A DNA stretch of 64,000 nucleotides from a virus, in the IMG/VR virus record IMGVR_UViG_3300027917_000041, positions 1-64,000 of that record. One strand, given 5' to 3'. This document shows positions 35,888 to 47,084 of the stretch, piece after piece. The position numbers and the translations under genes are program-made. The notes beneath the pieces are model-generated. The model saw only the letters and a list, made by a program, of their open reading frames with translations, was not told where the DNA came from and searched no databases. Numbering within the stretch: position 1 is the first letter of the stretch; every line of letters starts with the position of its first letter.

Positions 35888-36801
35888 TGAGTAAAACACT
35901 TATTGGCATGGTAACGTTCGGAAATGTTGATTTCAGTAAACTTACTGTAGAATCAATTAGAAAAACAACAGAGAATGATATTAGTTTTTTCGTGGTTGTG
36001 GGCAAGCCCAATGACTTTGAAACAATCGATTGGTTGAACAAAGATAATATTGCCTACACAGAACACGAAACAAATATCGGCTTTCCTGCGGGTCTAAATG
36101 ATATTTATGACTTTGCTTGGAAATCACATAATTTCGACAACTTGATTATATGTGGAAATGATATTGTAGCCTATCCCTATGCTATTGATGCGCTTATTAA
36201 TAAAGCAGATACATCCGACTGGCAATGGATTAGTTCTTCTCAATTTGATGTGCGTGCTTTGGTTGATATGTATCCACAGACTAGAGATCAATTTAGCCCC
36301 GATGCTAAACTCAGGTTTCATAAGTTTGGTGAAGTAGCTCCTTGGGAAATTCATACGGATTGGCAGAATAAAGAAGAACGACTAGAACCCAATGTTATTA
36401 AAGATGTGCATAATTTGTGTTTGTACAAACCTTCTGTAATGGAGGCTATCGGATACATTGATGTTAATTTTTATCCTGCCTATTATTCGGACAATGACTA
36501 CGCAAGACGTGGGGTTAATGCTGGATTAAAAACCTGTGCATTGGGCAATTCACAATATTTCCACTTTTGGAGTAGGACTATACACCAAGGTTCAGGGGGT
36601 TCTAACAATAGGTACTTTGATAATAACAGACGTTTTTATATCAGCAAATGGGGTGGAGATTTTGCTAAAGAAAAGTGGACAATACCGTTTAACGGTGGTA
36701 CATACCCCCTAACTAAAAATATAACGCTAGAAGGTAGTTTGAAGATCGATAGTAGAGATCAAGAGGAGGCTATTACCCGATTCTGGCGTGGAGGTAGATA
36801 A
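35887..36801 (+). CDS. GT2-like glycosyltransferase
   Basis: N.GF....N, ND, IG..D..F.P.Y..D.DY..R, H. Confidence 0.8.
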   Translation: MSKTLIGMVTFGNVDFSKLTVESIRKTTENDISFFVVVGKPNDFETIDWLNKDNIAYTEHETNIGFPAGLNDIYDFAWKSHNFDNLIICGNDIVAYPYAIDALINKADTSDWQWISSSQFDVRALVDMYPQTRDQFSPDAKLRFHKFGEVAPWEIHTDWQNKEERLEPNVIKDVHNLCLYKPSVMEAIGYIDVNFYPAYYSDNDYARRGVNAGLKTCALGNSQYFHFWSRTIHQGSGGSNNRYFDNNRRFYISKWGGDFAKEKWTIPFNGGTYPLTKNITLEGSLKIDSRDQEEAITRFWRGGR

Positions 36802-38355
36802 TTGGCATTAGTCGAAAAAGTTAATCAAGTAGATGATTTATACTTCTATGAGATTATGCGTAATCCAGTACTGTGTGGGGAATTTATTCAAAATTACGAC
36901 AAAGCTGAGTGGGAAGAATCATTTGAATTTACAATCTATCAGAAAGAAATTCTATGCGACTTCAATACGCACGTTTCAGTTTGTACAGCCCGAGCTACAG
37001 GAAAGACCGTAAGTTTTGTAAATCTATTGCTGTGGGTATTGGTATTTAATTTATTCCCCGGCGATTATATAGTTTACTCAGTACCTAACAAGGTACACCT
37101 TGAACCTGTGTTTACGGGTCTAGTGAGGATGTTACGTGGTAACACCTTCATGAAACAGTTTATAGCGTCAGCAAAGGGTATTAACCAATCTACAAATACG
37201 GTTACTTTGCTGAATGGAGCGGTACTTTTATGTCGTATCGCTGGTCAGACAGGTACAGGTGCTAACGTTATCGGTTTGCACACACCTTTTACATTAGTAG
37301 ACGAAGGCGGGTATTATCCTTGGGGTACTTGGGTAGAGCAACAACCTACCATGAACACTTTCACACCCGGTTTTAGATTGGGTGTAGCAGGAGTGCCGAC
37401 AGGCTTAAGAGAAAATAATGTTCTGTATCATGCCGATATGGAAAACTCTAACTATACAAAGCATCGTTTGTCTGCATATGACAATCCACGGTTTACACAA
37501 GAAGATGAAGATCGTGCCGTTGAGCAGTACGGCAGTAAAGAAAGCGATGACTTTATACATCTTGTTCTTGGACAACACGGAGCACCAATCTTTGCCGTGT
37601 TCGACAGACAGCTGTTTCAAATAGAGGGTTATCCAGTACACAAGCTGGTACTAGATGGTATCAAAATTCAAGGAAACTTAGCAGAATATCAGACCAAATT
37701 ATCATTTCTTCCTAATCTTGAATATAAGAATGCCAAAGTACTTGTAGGAATAGACTTGGGATATACCGATCCAACAGCTATTGTTATTCTGTATGACCGT
37801 GGAAATGGAATTTTGAAATTCCATGCTAGAATACAGCTAAACAAGGTAGCCTATCCAATTCAAGAGAAAATCATAGATTGGGTAGATACTAAATTTAATC
37901 CGTCTATAATTGGTCTTGATGTTGGTTCGTCCGGTTTAGCCGTGTCGCAAACGCTGTTGGAAGGGGATGCCTATAAACGTAAGAAGTACAAGGATAGACT
38001 TATTCCTATAAACTTCTCGTCAATGGTAGTAATCGGTGTAGACTCCGATGGAGAGGAGCTAAAGCAGAAAACAAAACCGTTCTCTGTTTCTGTATTACAA
38101 ACCTATTCTAACAATCATAGAATAGTGTATTCTTCAACTGATATGGAGTTGATTGCCGAACTTGAACGTATGACTTATACTAAAACTGTAACAGGGGATA
38201 TTGTGTACAAAACAATGACTCCGCAGGGTGGACAAAGAGGGGAAGATCACTTTACAGCAGCTATGTTATGTGCAGGAATGGCTTATTATTTAGAAAATGA
38301 AAGTTTGGTTCTCAACACCAAAACAAAGAAATTGCTGAAAGCAAGGTGGATATAA
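36802..38355 (+). CDS. terL: terminase large subunit
   Basis: ARATGKT Walker A, LVDE Walker B, GIDLG..D, C-terminal DH. Confidence 0.85.
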   Translation: MALVEKVNQVDDLYFYEIMRNPVLCGEFIQNYDKAEWEESFEFTIYQKEILCDFNTHVSVCTARATGKTVSFVNLLLWVLVFNLFPGDYIVYSVPNKVHLEPVFTGLVRMLRGNTFMKQFIASAKGINQSTNTVTLLNGAVLLCRIAGQTGTGANVIGLHTPFTLVDEGGYYPWGTWVEQQPTMNTFTPGFRLGVAGVPTGLRENNVLYHADMENSNYTKHRLSAYDNPRFTQEDEDRAVEQYGSKESDDFIHLVLGQHGAPIFAVFDRQLFQIEGYPVHKLVLDGIKIQGNLAEYQTKLSFLPNLEYKNAKVLVGIDLGYTDPTAIVILYDRGNGILKFHARIQLNKVAYPIQEKIIDWVDTKFNPSIIGLDVGSSGLAVSQTLLEGDAYKRKKYKDRLIPINFSSMVVIGVDSDGEELKQKTKPFSVSVLQTYSNNHRIVYSSTDMELIAELERMTYTKTVTGDIVYKTMTPQGGQRGEDHFTAAMLCAGMAYYLENESLVLNTKTKKLLKARWI

Positions 38356-38356
38356 T

Positions 38357-39856
38357 ATGACAGATGAAATAACAAAACAATCAAAGCTAGCCAAAGCTGC
38401 CTTCATGAACACACGAAACAACATTTCAATGCAGAATCCATGGATGGCAGACCAAGTAGATAAGCTTGAAATCGTTGATATAGAGGAGTTCAAGAAGATC
38501 GTATTTGCTTGTAGATTCTTTTATAAGCGTGATCCTATTGCGTCCACCGTTATCAACAAGATGATTGATATTGGTATTACCGATATCGATTTTGAGCGTT
38601 CTGAATTGAATAATAATGAGGAAAACCTAATTACAGGTATGCTACCTAAGCTTCTGGACTTTGCTGAGGCTATGGCAATGGAATACCTTATTTCTGGTTT
38701 GGTAATTCCAGAAGTAAAGTTCACTACTGTCAGCAAAGCAGAATTAGATGAAGCCGGGTTCAATATCAAAAAATACTCTGCCCTCACATTACCTACTTCT
38801 ATGTGGGTACGTGATCCAGCAACCCTGATTGTTAAAAGTCCGGGTCTGTCAGATAAGCAATCGTATTTTATCAAGATACCCGATAAACTGGTTGACTTCA
38901 TTACTTCAAAGGGTAGCTATGATAATTTAATGGAAGATAAGGAACTTTATCGTTATCTTTTAACAGCCTACCCGCAGTTTGTTGACGCTGTACGTAGAGG
39001 ACAGCTATTCTTCAAACTGGAAAATCCTACTGTTATTCGTCGTAAGGTAGTTAGTGACTCGCCCTATCCAATTCCATATCTGTACGCATCAATCGAGGCT
39101 ATGAAGCACAAGAGAAACATTCGTAGGATGGACTACTCGATTGCATCAAGGGTTATTTCAGCTATCCAGCTAATTAAACTTGGTAATGACGAGTATCCAC
39201 TAACAGAAGATGATGAAGAACAATTGCAGGATATCAAAGATCAAATGTATTGGCGTAACACCGGAAACATTGACGTTGAACGTATTTTCCAATTATTCTC
39301 TAACCACACCCTAGATATAACATGGGTATTTCCTGATACAGAAGCATTGTTAGATGATACTAAATATAAGGAAGTAAATCGTGATATCTTCTATGGTCTA
39401 GGTTTTCCTGCTATCTTAGCTACTGGTGAAACAGAACGTTCATCCGCATCCGATGCTGAATATGCTATGTTAAGCCCTGTGGAGACTATGGAATCCTACA
39501 GACGTAAGATTATCCAAGTTTTGAACAAGGTAGTTGCGGATACGCTAGAAAATAATGGAATGAAAGGTTCTACTACTTTGAGATTCAAGCCAATTAACCT
39601 ATCTAGCTTCCGTTACTTTGTAGACGCTATGATTAAGCTATATGAAACTGGTAACATTTCTAAGGAAACATTTGTTGAACAGTTCGGTATGAATTACCAA
39701 GATGAGTTTGAGCGTAGGGAGAGAGAAAAGGAACAATTAGACGCATCTGATCTTGAAGAATTTCCTCAGCAACCATTCACAAATCCAGCAGGACGTGATG
39801 GCGGTGGTACTGACGGAGATCAGAAAAATAGTGATTCGGACAAGGAAAGTGCATAA
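38357..39856 (+). CDS. portal protein
   Basis: 499 aa helical protein directly after terL. Confidence 0.75.
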   Translation: MTDEITKQSKLAKAAFMNTRNNISMQNPWMADQVDKLEIVDIEEFKKIVFACRFFYKRDPIASTVINKMIDIGITDIDFERSELNNNEENLITGMLPKLLDFAEAMAMEYLISGLVIPEVKFTTVSKAELDEAGFNIKKYSALTLPTSMWVRDPATLIVKSPGLSDKQSYFIKIPDKLVDFITSKGSYDNLMEDKELYRYLLTAYPQFVDAVRRGQLFFKLENPTVIRRKVVSDSPYPIPYLYASIEAMKHKRNIRRMDYSIASRVISAIQLIKLGNDEYPLTEDDEEQLQDIKDQMYWRNTGNIDVERIFQLFSNHTLDITWVFPDTEALLDDTKYKEVNRDIFYGLGFPAILATGETERSSASDAEYAMLSPVETMESYRRKIIQVLNKVVADTLENNGMKGSTTLRFKPINLSSFRYFVDAMIKLYETGNISKETFVEQFGMNYQDEFERREREKEQLDASDLEEFPQQPFTNPAGRDGGGTDGDQKNSDSDKESA

Positions 39857-39878
39857 TCTGTTGTTTTTTATATCAATT

Positions 39879-39909
39879 TTGACAAAATTTATCGAAAATG
39901 TGGTATAAT
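39879..39909 (+). promoter_or_regulatory. promoter for head genes
   Basis: TGGTATAAT extended -10; TTGACA at 19-nt spacing. Confidence 0.6.
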
Positions 39910-39966
39910 TAATAATAGGAGATTACGTCCTTTACCGTATGTCTCTATTTTGACGTGAGGTACTTT

Positions 39967-41022
39967 ATGACAGAGACTAATATTTTTCTTATCAAGGAAG
40001 CGGGTCTAGACGAAAAGGACGCTTTTGCGTCTGTAACTCTTAACCCTACGTTACGTTGGCTAAAGTTTATCTTGACCGATGACCAGCCAAATGCTAACAA
40101 ACAAAGAATCCCCCAAGAAGAATTTGATAACCTTATTAAAAGTGGCATTAATATGCCTATCAAAATGGCAGCTGGAGACATTGCAGACGGACACGAAAAC
40201 TCCTTTCCAGTTGGTGTTATTACACACTTAAAGAAGGTTGCTAACAAGATTGAGGGATTGGCAGCTCTTTGGTCTAAGGAAAGACCAGAGGACATCGATT
40301 TAATTATAAATGAATTTGAATCTGGATCGCCTCCTCAAATTTCTTGGGAAGTTCCCTACATGGAAGAGGTACTCAGAGAAAATGGAGTAAAAGACTTAAT
40401 TGGTACAATACTCCGTGCGGCTACGTTGGTTAGACGACCTGCTTTTGAAGGGAGAACTCCCGTTATTGCGGTCGCAGCTAAAGAAGTAATCGAAGTGACC
40501 GAACCAACAGAAACAGATTCTAGTATGGAGGAAAATAATACAATGGAAGAACTTGATGTTTTGAAATCTCAGTTGCAGGAAGCCCAAGACCGTATCAAGG
40601 AGCTAGAAGGTCAGCTTCAAGAAAAGGATGAAGGTTTTGCAGCTGTTGAGGAAGAACTAACTAGCCTTCGAGAATTCAAAGCACAGATCGAAAAAGAAGA
40701 TGCAGAAGCTGAACAGTTGGCTTCGGTTCGTGCTAAGTTCGCTGAGGCTGGTATTGAAAAACCAGACGAGTATTACATCGAGAATCGTGAACGTTTCCTA
40801 AGTATGACTATGGAAGCTGTAGAATTCATGGTTCAGGAAATGACCGCATTTGCTAAGCTTGCAGAAGCTAGTTTAGAAGATGACGACTCAGAAGGTGATG
40901 GAGACGGTGGTGATAAAGAAGGTGAAGGGCTACCTGCTGTTGTAAATACAGATGATGCCTCAGACCTAGATAATCCTGCCGAAGTCGGGCGACAGCTACG
41001 ACTATTAAAAGAAAAAAAGTAA
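39967..41022 (+). CDS. prohead protease/scaffold protein
   Basis: N.N...I, H, SWE, PAF N-domain plus acidic coiled-coil C-domain. Confidence 0.7.
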   Translation: MTETNIFLIKEAGLDEKDAFASVTLNPTLRWLKFILTDDQPNANKQRIPQEEFDNLIKSGINMPIKMAAGDIADGHENSFPVGVITHLKKVANKIEGLAALWSKERPEDIDLIINEFESGSPPQISWEVPYMEEVLRENGVKDLIGTILRAATLVRRPAFEGRTPVIAVAAKEVIEVTEPTETDSSMEENNTMEELDVLKSQLQEAQDRIKELEGQLQEKDEGFAAVEEELTSLREFKAQIEKEDAEAEQLASVRAKFAEAGIEKPDEYYIENRERFLSMTMEAVEFMVQEMTAFAKLAEASLEDDDSEGDGDGGDKEGEGLPAVVNTDDASDLDNPAEVGRQLRLLKEKK

Positions 41023-41041
41023 TTGGAGGATAACATAAATC

Positions 41042-41632
41042 ATGGAAATCAATAAGTATACTGATATCACTGGTGTTGTAACCTTGCAGGAAATCGTAGA
41101 GGGTCGTATGGTTCTCTTGGTTTCAAATGCTGAGGGTGGCAACTCGGTAGATTATGATTTTGGTAGTAGACTTGACCTTCCGGGTGCACGCCTTCCTCTG
41201 ACATCGGCAGAGGCTGAGAAAGCGCACTTTATCATCACATTTGCTGTTGATAATTCAAGCATTCCTATCTACAATCCTTATCCAAGCTACTCATTTGCCC
41301 TACGTAGTGGGTTCGACCAAGCCGCAAACGTTCCGTTCGATGCAGAAGTGCATTTGACTCAGCGTTCGATGGTTGAAGGACTAACAATTCCTTCCGGTGT
41401 TCCTGCTCTAGCGTTTGGGCCAGGTGTGTTCACTGTACCTAGCGGTGCATTCGTATATTCAGATAACTTGCAAGTTCCGGGTACGTGGTTGGAGGTTGCA
41501 AACCAGACTGATGACGGTGCTAATGTTGCAGGTATGTTGCAAGAAGATGCCGATGGTAGCGAAGGTAAGTTTGCTCAAGTTGAACGTTTCAGCGTTGCAG
41601 ATTGGGCGTTGACTTTCCGTATTAATTGGTAA
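41042..41632 (+). CDS. putative capsid decoration protein
   Basis: between scaffold and MCP, strong RBS. Confidence 0.55.
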   Translation: MEINKYTDITGVVTLQEIVEGRMVLLVSNAEGGNSVDYDFGSRLDLPGARLPLTSAEAEKAHFIITFAVDNSSIPIYNPYPSYSFALRSGFDQAANVPFDAEVHLTQRSMVEGLTIPSGVPALAFGPGVFTVPSGAFVYSDNLQVPGTWLEVANQTDDGANVAGMLQEDADGSEGKFAQVERFSVADWALTFRINW

Positions 41633-41657
41633 TATATAACAGGAGGAACTTAATACG

Positions 41658-42593
41658 ATGGATGAAAAGAGAATTAATGAAGCTGTAGCAGCTCTATTAA
41701 AGGATAATACGCCACAAGGTCGAGAAGCTTTAGCGGAAATGATTACTGAATTTGTTCAGCCGAATCATATCGGTGTGAACTTTATCAGTATGTTGCTAAA
41801 TACTCGTGCCTTACAGCCGGGTGATCTGCTAGTTAAAAAGATTCGTAAAGGGATCGATGTACGTACATTAGTTCCGGGTTCTATTCATCTTGCTAGTGAA
41901 ATCACTGTACAGGATCGTATCAACTACGTGTTGGACGGTGCTGACGTTAAGGTGACTTTCAACGAGTGGGAGCTAGAATCAGGGCAAATCGGTTCTGTCG
42001 AAGAAATCCGTAAGGAAATGTATGCCTACTTGTCAGATTATTATTTGAACAAGGTTTACACGCTATTAACTAGTGTGTGGACAGCGGGCAACACTCCTTC
42101 TAACTTTACTAACGTGGGTGGTTCAATCACAGCGTCAGCCCTAGAAGATGCGATTGACGAAATCAATCAAAATTCTGGTGGTGTGAAGGCTGTTGTTGGT
42201 ACTCGTGCAGCTATGACACCTATCACAAAGTTTGGTGCGTTCTGGAACGATGGTAATACTGTTGGTACAGATGCACAGTGGGCCGGTGTTAACTCACAGC
42301 TAGAAGAAATTGTTCAGCGTGGTATGCTTGGTAAGTACTACGGTGCGCCACTTATCTCACTTGAACAATCATATGACAACCCTGTTGACTATAACGAGTT
42401 GATTCTGCCTAATAACAGAATTTTGGTTATTGGTCACAACGTAGGTGAGTTTATCACTTACGGTGATGTAAAGAGAAAGCAATGGACTGACATGGAGCCA
42501 ACTCCTCCACAGTGGTTCTTGGAACTATATCAGCAGTTCGGTTTGATCATCGACCGTGCTCAGGGTATCTACGTGCTTCAAGTTACGGACTAA
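41658..42593 (+). CDS. major capsid protein
   Basis: 311 aa, position, G.LG.Y.G.P motif, strong RBS, downstream hairpin. Confidence 0.8.
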   Translation: MDEKRINEAVAALLKDNTPQGREALAEMITEFVQPNHIGVNFISMLLNTRALQPGDLLVKKIRKGIDVRTLVPGSIHLASEITVQDRINYVLDGADVKVTFNEWELESGQIGSVEEIRKEMYAYLSDYYLNKVYTLLTSVWTAGNTPSNFTNVGGSITASALEDAIDEINQNSGGVKAVVGTRAAMTPITKFGAFWNDGNTVGTDAQWAGVNSQLEEIVQRGMLGKYYGAPLISLEQSYDNPVDYNELILPNNRILVIGHNVGEFITYGDVKRKQWTDMEPTPPQWFLELYQQFGLIIDRAQGIYVLQVTD

Positions 42594-42604
42594 CACTTAG
42601 TTAT

Positions 42605-42637
42605 GGGAGGGGGTCAGGGGAACTCATGCCCCCTCCC
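42605..42637 (+). terminator. GC-rich hairpin after MCP
   Basis: GGGAGGGGG/CCCCCTCCC stem, poor U tract. Confidence 0.55.
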
Positions 42638-42661
42638 CAATTCTAATAGGAGAGGTATAAA

Positions 42662-43156
42662 ATGAATAAAGATTCACAGATGTATTCTGCTATGCAGAGT
42701 GACAATCCTTACGCTACATATAAGAAAGTTATCTTGGGGAAAGCTTCGGTAAAGGTTATTAACCCCTTCTCGGAGAATCCCGAGGAGATAATACTTGAAG
42801 GCAACCCCGGTAAGAATGAAGAAGGTTGCTTTATTGATGTATGGACACTAGAGCAAGATATGTTCTTCCAGCGTATAAATGAAACTCTAATTAAGCAGGG
42901 CGTAATTGTACCGTATGACCGTGTAAGCAAGCCTATTGTTAAGACGGTAAATGAGTACAATGTAAAGACCGATGAGGAACTCTATGAAATTTTGACAGCA
43001 CCTTTTTTCACGCTATCAAATGCGTTAGAAAAAATGGATTCCGAAGCCCCCGTACAGCGTTTGTTAAGTATTGCTGAGGATGAGGAAATGTCAGAAAAGA
43101 AAATCAATCATATTCGTCAAAGATTAGCGGAACTACAAGGAGTCAGCGTAGCATAA
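42662..43156 (+). CDS. hypothetical virion-module protein
   Basis: ORF with RBS. Confidence 0.65.
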   Translation: MNKDSQMYSAMQSDNPYATYKKVILGKASVKVINPFSENPEEIILEGNPGKNEEGCFIDVWTLEQDMFFQRINETLIKQGVIVPYDRVSKPIVKTVNEYNVKTDEELYEILTAPFFTLSNALEKMDSEAPVQRLLSIAEDEEMSEKKINHIRQRLAELQGVSVA

Positions 43157-43662
43157 TGGCTATAGATACAGAGACTAACTTAGATTATCTTATTACAGAC
43201 TTAAGGTTACACTTGGGAGATACTAGTGAACCGTATCGTTATACGGATGCATGGTTACGTACTTCCTTAGTTATGTCTGTTAAAGCTCTTATGCGTTGGT
43301 GGAACTACAAGTATTTGATTGATACTGATTATAATGCTTCAAGAAACCCAAACGTAACATTTTTGTTTGCGTCACCGCCTATAATAGAGTATGGAGACGA
43401 GCATCCAATAGTTCTTATGGCTTCCATAATAATCAAAGAAGGTTCTCTGCAAGAAAGTGCTTGGTCTGCTGGCAGTTGGAGGGATGCTGAGATAGCCTAC
43501 TCTAACATAGAGGGAAACAGGGCTAGAACGCAATCGTTATTGAAAGATTGGGAAACTTTAGAAAGTATTCTAAAGCCACCGCAAAAGAGATTGGCACAAG
43601 CCAAGAAAGCCAGTACACCGGGCTACATAGACAATCAATATGAAAGAGGTTCAAAGTTGTAG
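43156..43662 (+). CDS. putative head-tail adaptor
   Basis: LR..LGD......D..L motif, position. Confidence 0.6.
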   Translation: MAIDTETNLDYLITDLRLHLGDTSEPYRYTDAWLRTSLVMSVKALMRWWNYKYLIDTDYNASRNPNVTFLFASPPIIEYGDEHPIVLMASIIIKEGSLQESAWSAGSWRDAEIAYSNIEGNRARTQSLLKDWETLESILKPPQKRLAQAKKASTPGYIDNQYERGSKL

Positions 43663-43680
43663 TTATAAGGAGGTCACATA

Positions 43681-44877
43681 ATGGCAAGGAAAAGCAAGAA
43701 GGTTAAAGTTTTATGGTTCGGAGACGCAGTAACACCTACAGGTTTTTCAAGAGTAAACCACTCAATTCAATCAAATTTACCAAAATATCAGTACGATCTA
43801 TACCAACTAGGTATTAACTACTACGGTGATCCACATGATTTCCCTGTAAGGATATTTCCAGCAGCTACAAAAGGGCAAATCTATGGTTTTAACCGTATTT
43901 CAGAACTAGCTAAGCACGACTTTGATATTATTTTTATCCTGAATGACTTATGGATTATTAATGAATATCTGAAAGAAATCAAGAATCACTTCAAAGGAAA
44001 GATACCAAAGATTGTTACATACATGCCGATGGATTCTACTATGCCCGATAGGTCATGGTTTGAGCACTTCGATATCGTTGATAAAGTTTGTGTATACACC
44101 CAATTTGGCTATGATACCGTAAAAGAAGTTTACCCTGAACTTGATCTAACTATAGTACCTCATGGTGTAGACAGCAGTACGTTTTATAAGTTTGATAAAC
44201 CAAAGATTGAATGTAAAATGGGTGTTTATCCTGCTGAGAAGATGTTCCTAGAAAGTTGGATTGTGCTAAACGCCAACAGAAATCAGCCTCGTAAGAGAAA
44301 TGATATAGCGTTTGAAGGGTTTGCACAGTTCGCTAAAGATAAACCAAAAAGCGTAAAATACTATCACCATGCAGGTATTGAGGACGTTGGTTGGGATATC
44401 TTAAGACTTTCTAATAAGCTGGGTAAGAAGTATGACTTCAACTTAGAAGAACGTCTTATCGTTACTAACATGAATAGAAATACTCAGTCAGTGACGGACG
44501 AGCAACTAAATACCATTTACAATGCTACAGACGTTGGAATTAACGCTAGCTTGGGTGAAGGTTGGGGATTAGTAAACATGGAGCACGCAATGACTGGTTC
44601 TGTACAGGTTGTACCTAACCATAGTGCTTGTAAAGAACTATTCAACGACGTAGGCGTTTTAATCCCAACAAGTCAAGAGTTATGTTTTGAAAAAACATTA
44701 ACATTCGGTAGGTTGGTAACTCCTGAAGCTATCGCTGAACAATTGCAATGGGTGTACGATCATCCAGAAGAAAAAGCAGAGTTAGAAGCTAAAGCTATTG
44801 AGAAGTTCACTGATAAGAAGTACTCTTGGAAATCTGTGGCGAACACATGGCATAACATTTTTAGAGAGATTTTATGA
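43681..44877 (+). CDS. GT4-like (GT-B) glycosyltransferase
   Basis: TGF.RV, PHGVD...F, NRNQ.RK, YNA.DV....S.GEGWGL...E. Confidence 0.9.
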   Translation: MARKSKKVKVLWFGDAVTPTGFSRVNHSIQSNLPKYQYDLYQLGINYYGDPHDFPVRIFPAATKGQIYGFNRISELAKHDFDIIFILNDLWIINEYLKEIKNHFKGKIPKIVTYMPMDSTMPDRSWFEHFDIVDKVCVYTQFGYDTVKEVYPELDLTIVPHGVDSSTFYKFDKPKIECKMGVYPAEKMFLESWIVLNANRNQPRKRNDIAFEGFAQFAKDKPKSVKYYHHAGIEDVGWDILRLSNKLGKKYDFNLEERLIVTNMNRNTQSVTDEQLNTIYNATDVGINASLGEGWGLVNMEHAMTGSVQVVPNHSACKELFNDVGVLIPTSQELCFEKTLTFGRLVTPEAIAEQLQWVYDHPEEKAELEAKAIEKFTDKKYSWKSVANTWHNIFREIL

Positions 44878-45332
44878 CTGATATAGTATGGCCGCAGGAT
44901 ACCAAAGAGACAATTGATGCAATACGTGGTGCTATAGGTAGGGACGTTGACTTTTATGTAGTAGCGTCATCTATTGCTTGCCCTACGTGCTCTCTCGATC
45001 CAATAACTAACCATGCGACAGACTCTTTCTGTCCTACATGCTCTGGTGTATATTGGATACCAGTATTCTCAGGTTATACAATCAGTGGACATGTGACTTG
45101 GGCTTCGGCAGATATTTTACAATGGCCTCCGGGGGGCTATCAGTTTGATGGGGATGTTAGAGTACAAATTGAATATACCGCTACAAATTTAGAAATAGTA
45201 GATGATGCACAAGAATCTGGTTTCGTACATGTAGACGGTAAGGTTATGGAGATCAAATCTAGAATACTTCGAGGAGTTCAAGAACTAAATCGAATACTTA
45301 TAGATATGATTGAAAGGGAGAAATCAACATGA
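44874..45332 (+). CDS. putative head-closure protein
   Basis: neck position; CPTC x2. Confidence 0.5.
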   Translation: MTDIVWPQDTKETIDAIRGAIGRDVDFYVVASSIACPTCSLDPITNHATDSFCPTCSGVYWIPVFSGYTISGHVTWASADILQWPPGGYQFDGDVRVQIEYTATNLEIVDDAQESGFVHVDGKVMEIKSRILRGVQELNRILIDMIEREKST

Positions 45333-45580
45333 GCAACAATGAAGAAGGAAAGTATCGGACAGAAGTTCATATGGGATTAGATTTATTCGATATTACTGAT
45401 TTCATAGAACGAAAGAACAAAAAATTTCAGGCTATACTTCTAACGGAAATTGAAGAAGTAATTCCAAAAGATTCGCCTGAATTTAAAGCAATTAGAAAAC
45501 AAGTATTAGATAGTTATAATAACTACACACGTTCAATCATGAGAGCAATCTTTGGAAGGGACGACGTAGAGAATATGTGA
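45329..45580 (+). CDS. hypothetical protein
   Basis: coupled ORF. Confidence 0.6.
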   Translation: MSNNEEGKYRTEVHMGLDLFDITDFIERKNKKFQAILLTEIEEVIPKDSPEFKAIRKQVLDSYNNYTRSIMRAIFGRDDVENM

Positions 45581-45586
45581 GGGTAA

Positions 45587-46612
45587 ATGGTAGATGGAAC
45601 ACTTGGGTTTACGGACATCAACATTGCTGAGACTAAACTACTTGAGGACGTGGAAAATGCTATTTCAACAGCGTCCCAACGACTACGAGAACTCTCAGAT
45701 GATCTTAACAGAATTGAAGCACAAAAAGCCGTTGAAAAAGCAGCTCATTTAGAAGCTATCAACTACATTACTGATAGGGCAGAGCTGATACTTACAAACG
45801 CTTTTATGGAAGCTATCTTTGATACTGTTGAGTATAATGATCCTTTGTTCTTAGAACCATCACAAGAAGCTATTCGTTTACATTGGCAGGAAGTTTTATC
45901 AATAATTCCAAACAGTCCCGGCAATGTAACAGTAAAAGTAGACTTTTCACCTTTAGGAGATATAGAAACCTACGCAGCTGCTGTACAAAGTACACGAGAA
46001 GTATTGGGTTTCAAAATGACAGCACGACCCGAATCACGTTCTATTTATTGGCAACGAAATATCTATAGTGTAGACAGGGAAGGTGGAAAGGTTTTCAAAG
46101 TACTAGAAGGCTATGGTAGAGGTTCAAAAACCAGAAATATAGATATTACTCATAGCTATAGAGGTAAGTGGGAAAAGACAGTAAGAACACGTATAAATCT
46201 AGTACCTGCGGGTACAGCCCCTTGGTGGTATTTGATAAATTATGGAAATAAAAACGCTTTTCAGGGATCAACAGGAGAGCCGTATCCTGAATTTTCAGGG
46301 AGGTACTTTGTAGAGAAGGTAGAAGTTCAGATAAAAGAAATTTTTGATCAAATTTATCAAGAATCTCTACAAGAATGGGAAGATTGGTACGCTGATAAGT
46401 TAGCCGACGACTACGGATTAAAGCAATTTGATGATTTTGATAATTTAGCAAGCGTATTAGAACCTGCTATTGTTGAACAAATAGAAAGAGAGGAACAGCT
46501 GAAACCTACAAATACAGCTCTAGGTACGATAGAACAAGATGGAAAAGTATATGACTTATATGTTACATCTAAAGGTAAGATTGCTAGACGTTACTCACTT
46601 TCAAAGAACTAA
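45587..46612 (+). CDS. hypothetical neck/tail-completion protein
   Basis: APWW.L.NYG motif, position. Confidence 0.55.
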   Translation: MVDGTLGFTDINIAETKLLEDVENAISTASQRLRELSDDLNRIEAQKAVEKAAHLEAINYITDRAELILTNAFMEAIFDTVEYNDPLFLEPSQEAIRLHWQEVLSIIPNSPGNVTVKVDFSPLGDIETYAAAVQSTREVLGFKMTARPESRSIYWQRNIYSVDREGGKVFKVLEGYGRGSKTRNIDITHSYRGKWEKTVRTRINLVPAGTAPWWYLINYGNKNAFQGSTGEPYPEFSGRYFVEKVEVQIKEIFDQIYQESLQEWEDWYADKLADDYGLKQFDDFDNLASVLEPAIVEQIEREEQLKPTNTALGTIEQDGKVYDLYVTSKGKIARRYSLSKN

Positions 46613-46621
46613 TGAGGTATC

Positions 46622-47071
46622 ATGCACATTGAACGTAAGAAAGACCTGAGTGTTTATTATTGGCTGGTAGATTTGTTTTCGGATGCATCGTACATAACAG
46701 TGAACGATGGTTATCCAGAGACAGGCTTGGTAATCCCCTCTGTGGTGGTAGACTATCAAAATATACGTCCACTACCTTATGAAATGGGGAATAAAAATCA
46801 AATGTTTCATAGACTTTGGGTATTAGATATCAATGCTAAGAATAAATCCCAACGTGATGAAATAGGCTATCGATTATTAGAAACATTACAAGATAGCATT
46901 CCCGTATATGACTACGATGAAGGTTTTCCACCTGATGTTACACCGACACAGCTAGGCAACTTGCTTCCTAGAAATATACAACTAATTCCAATAAAGGTTA
47001 TGCCTGAACTGGTAACTAAGCTTTATTACAGGGCTGTGGTAACATTCACAGCTGAGTATTCACTAATATAG
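46622..47071 (+). CDS. putative tail terminator
   Basis: 149 aa directly before tail tube. Confidence 0.55.
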   Translation: MHIERKKDLSVYYWLVDLFSDASYITVNDGYPETGLVIPSVVVDYQNIRPLPYEMGNKNQMFHRLWVLDINAKNKSQRDEIGYRLLETLQDSIPVYDYDEGFPPDVTPTQLGNLLPRNIQLIPIKVMPELVTKLYYRAVVTFTAEYSLI

Positions 47072-47084
47072 GAGGAATATATAA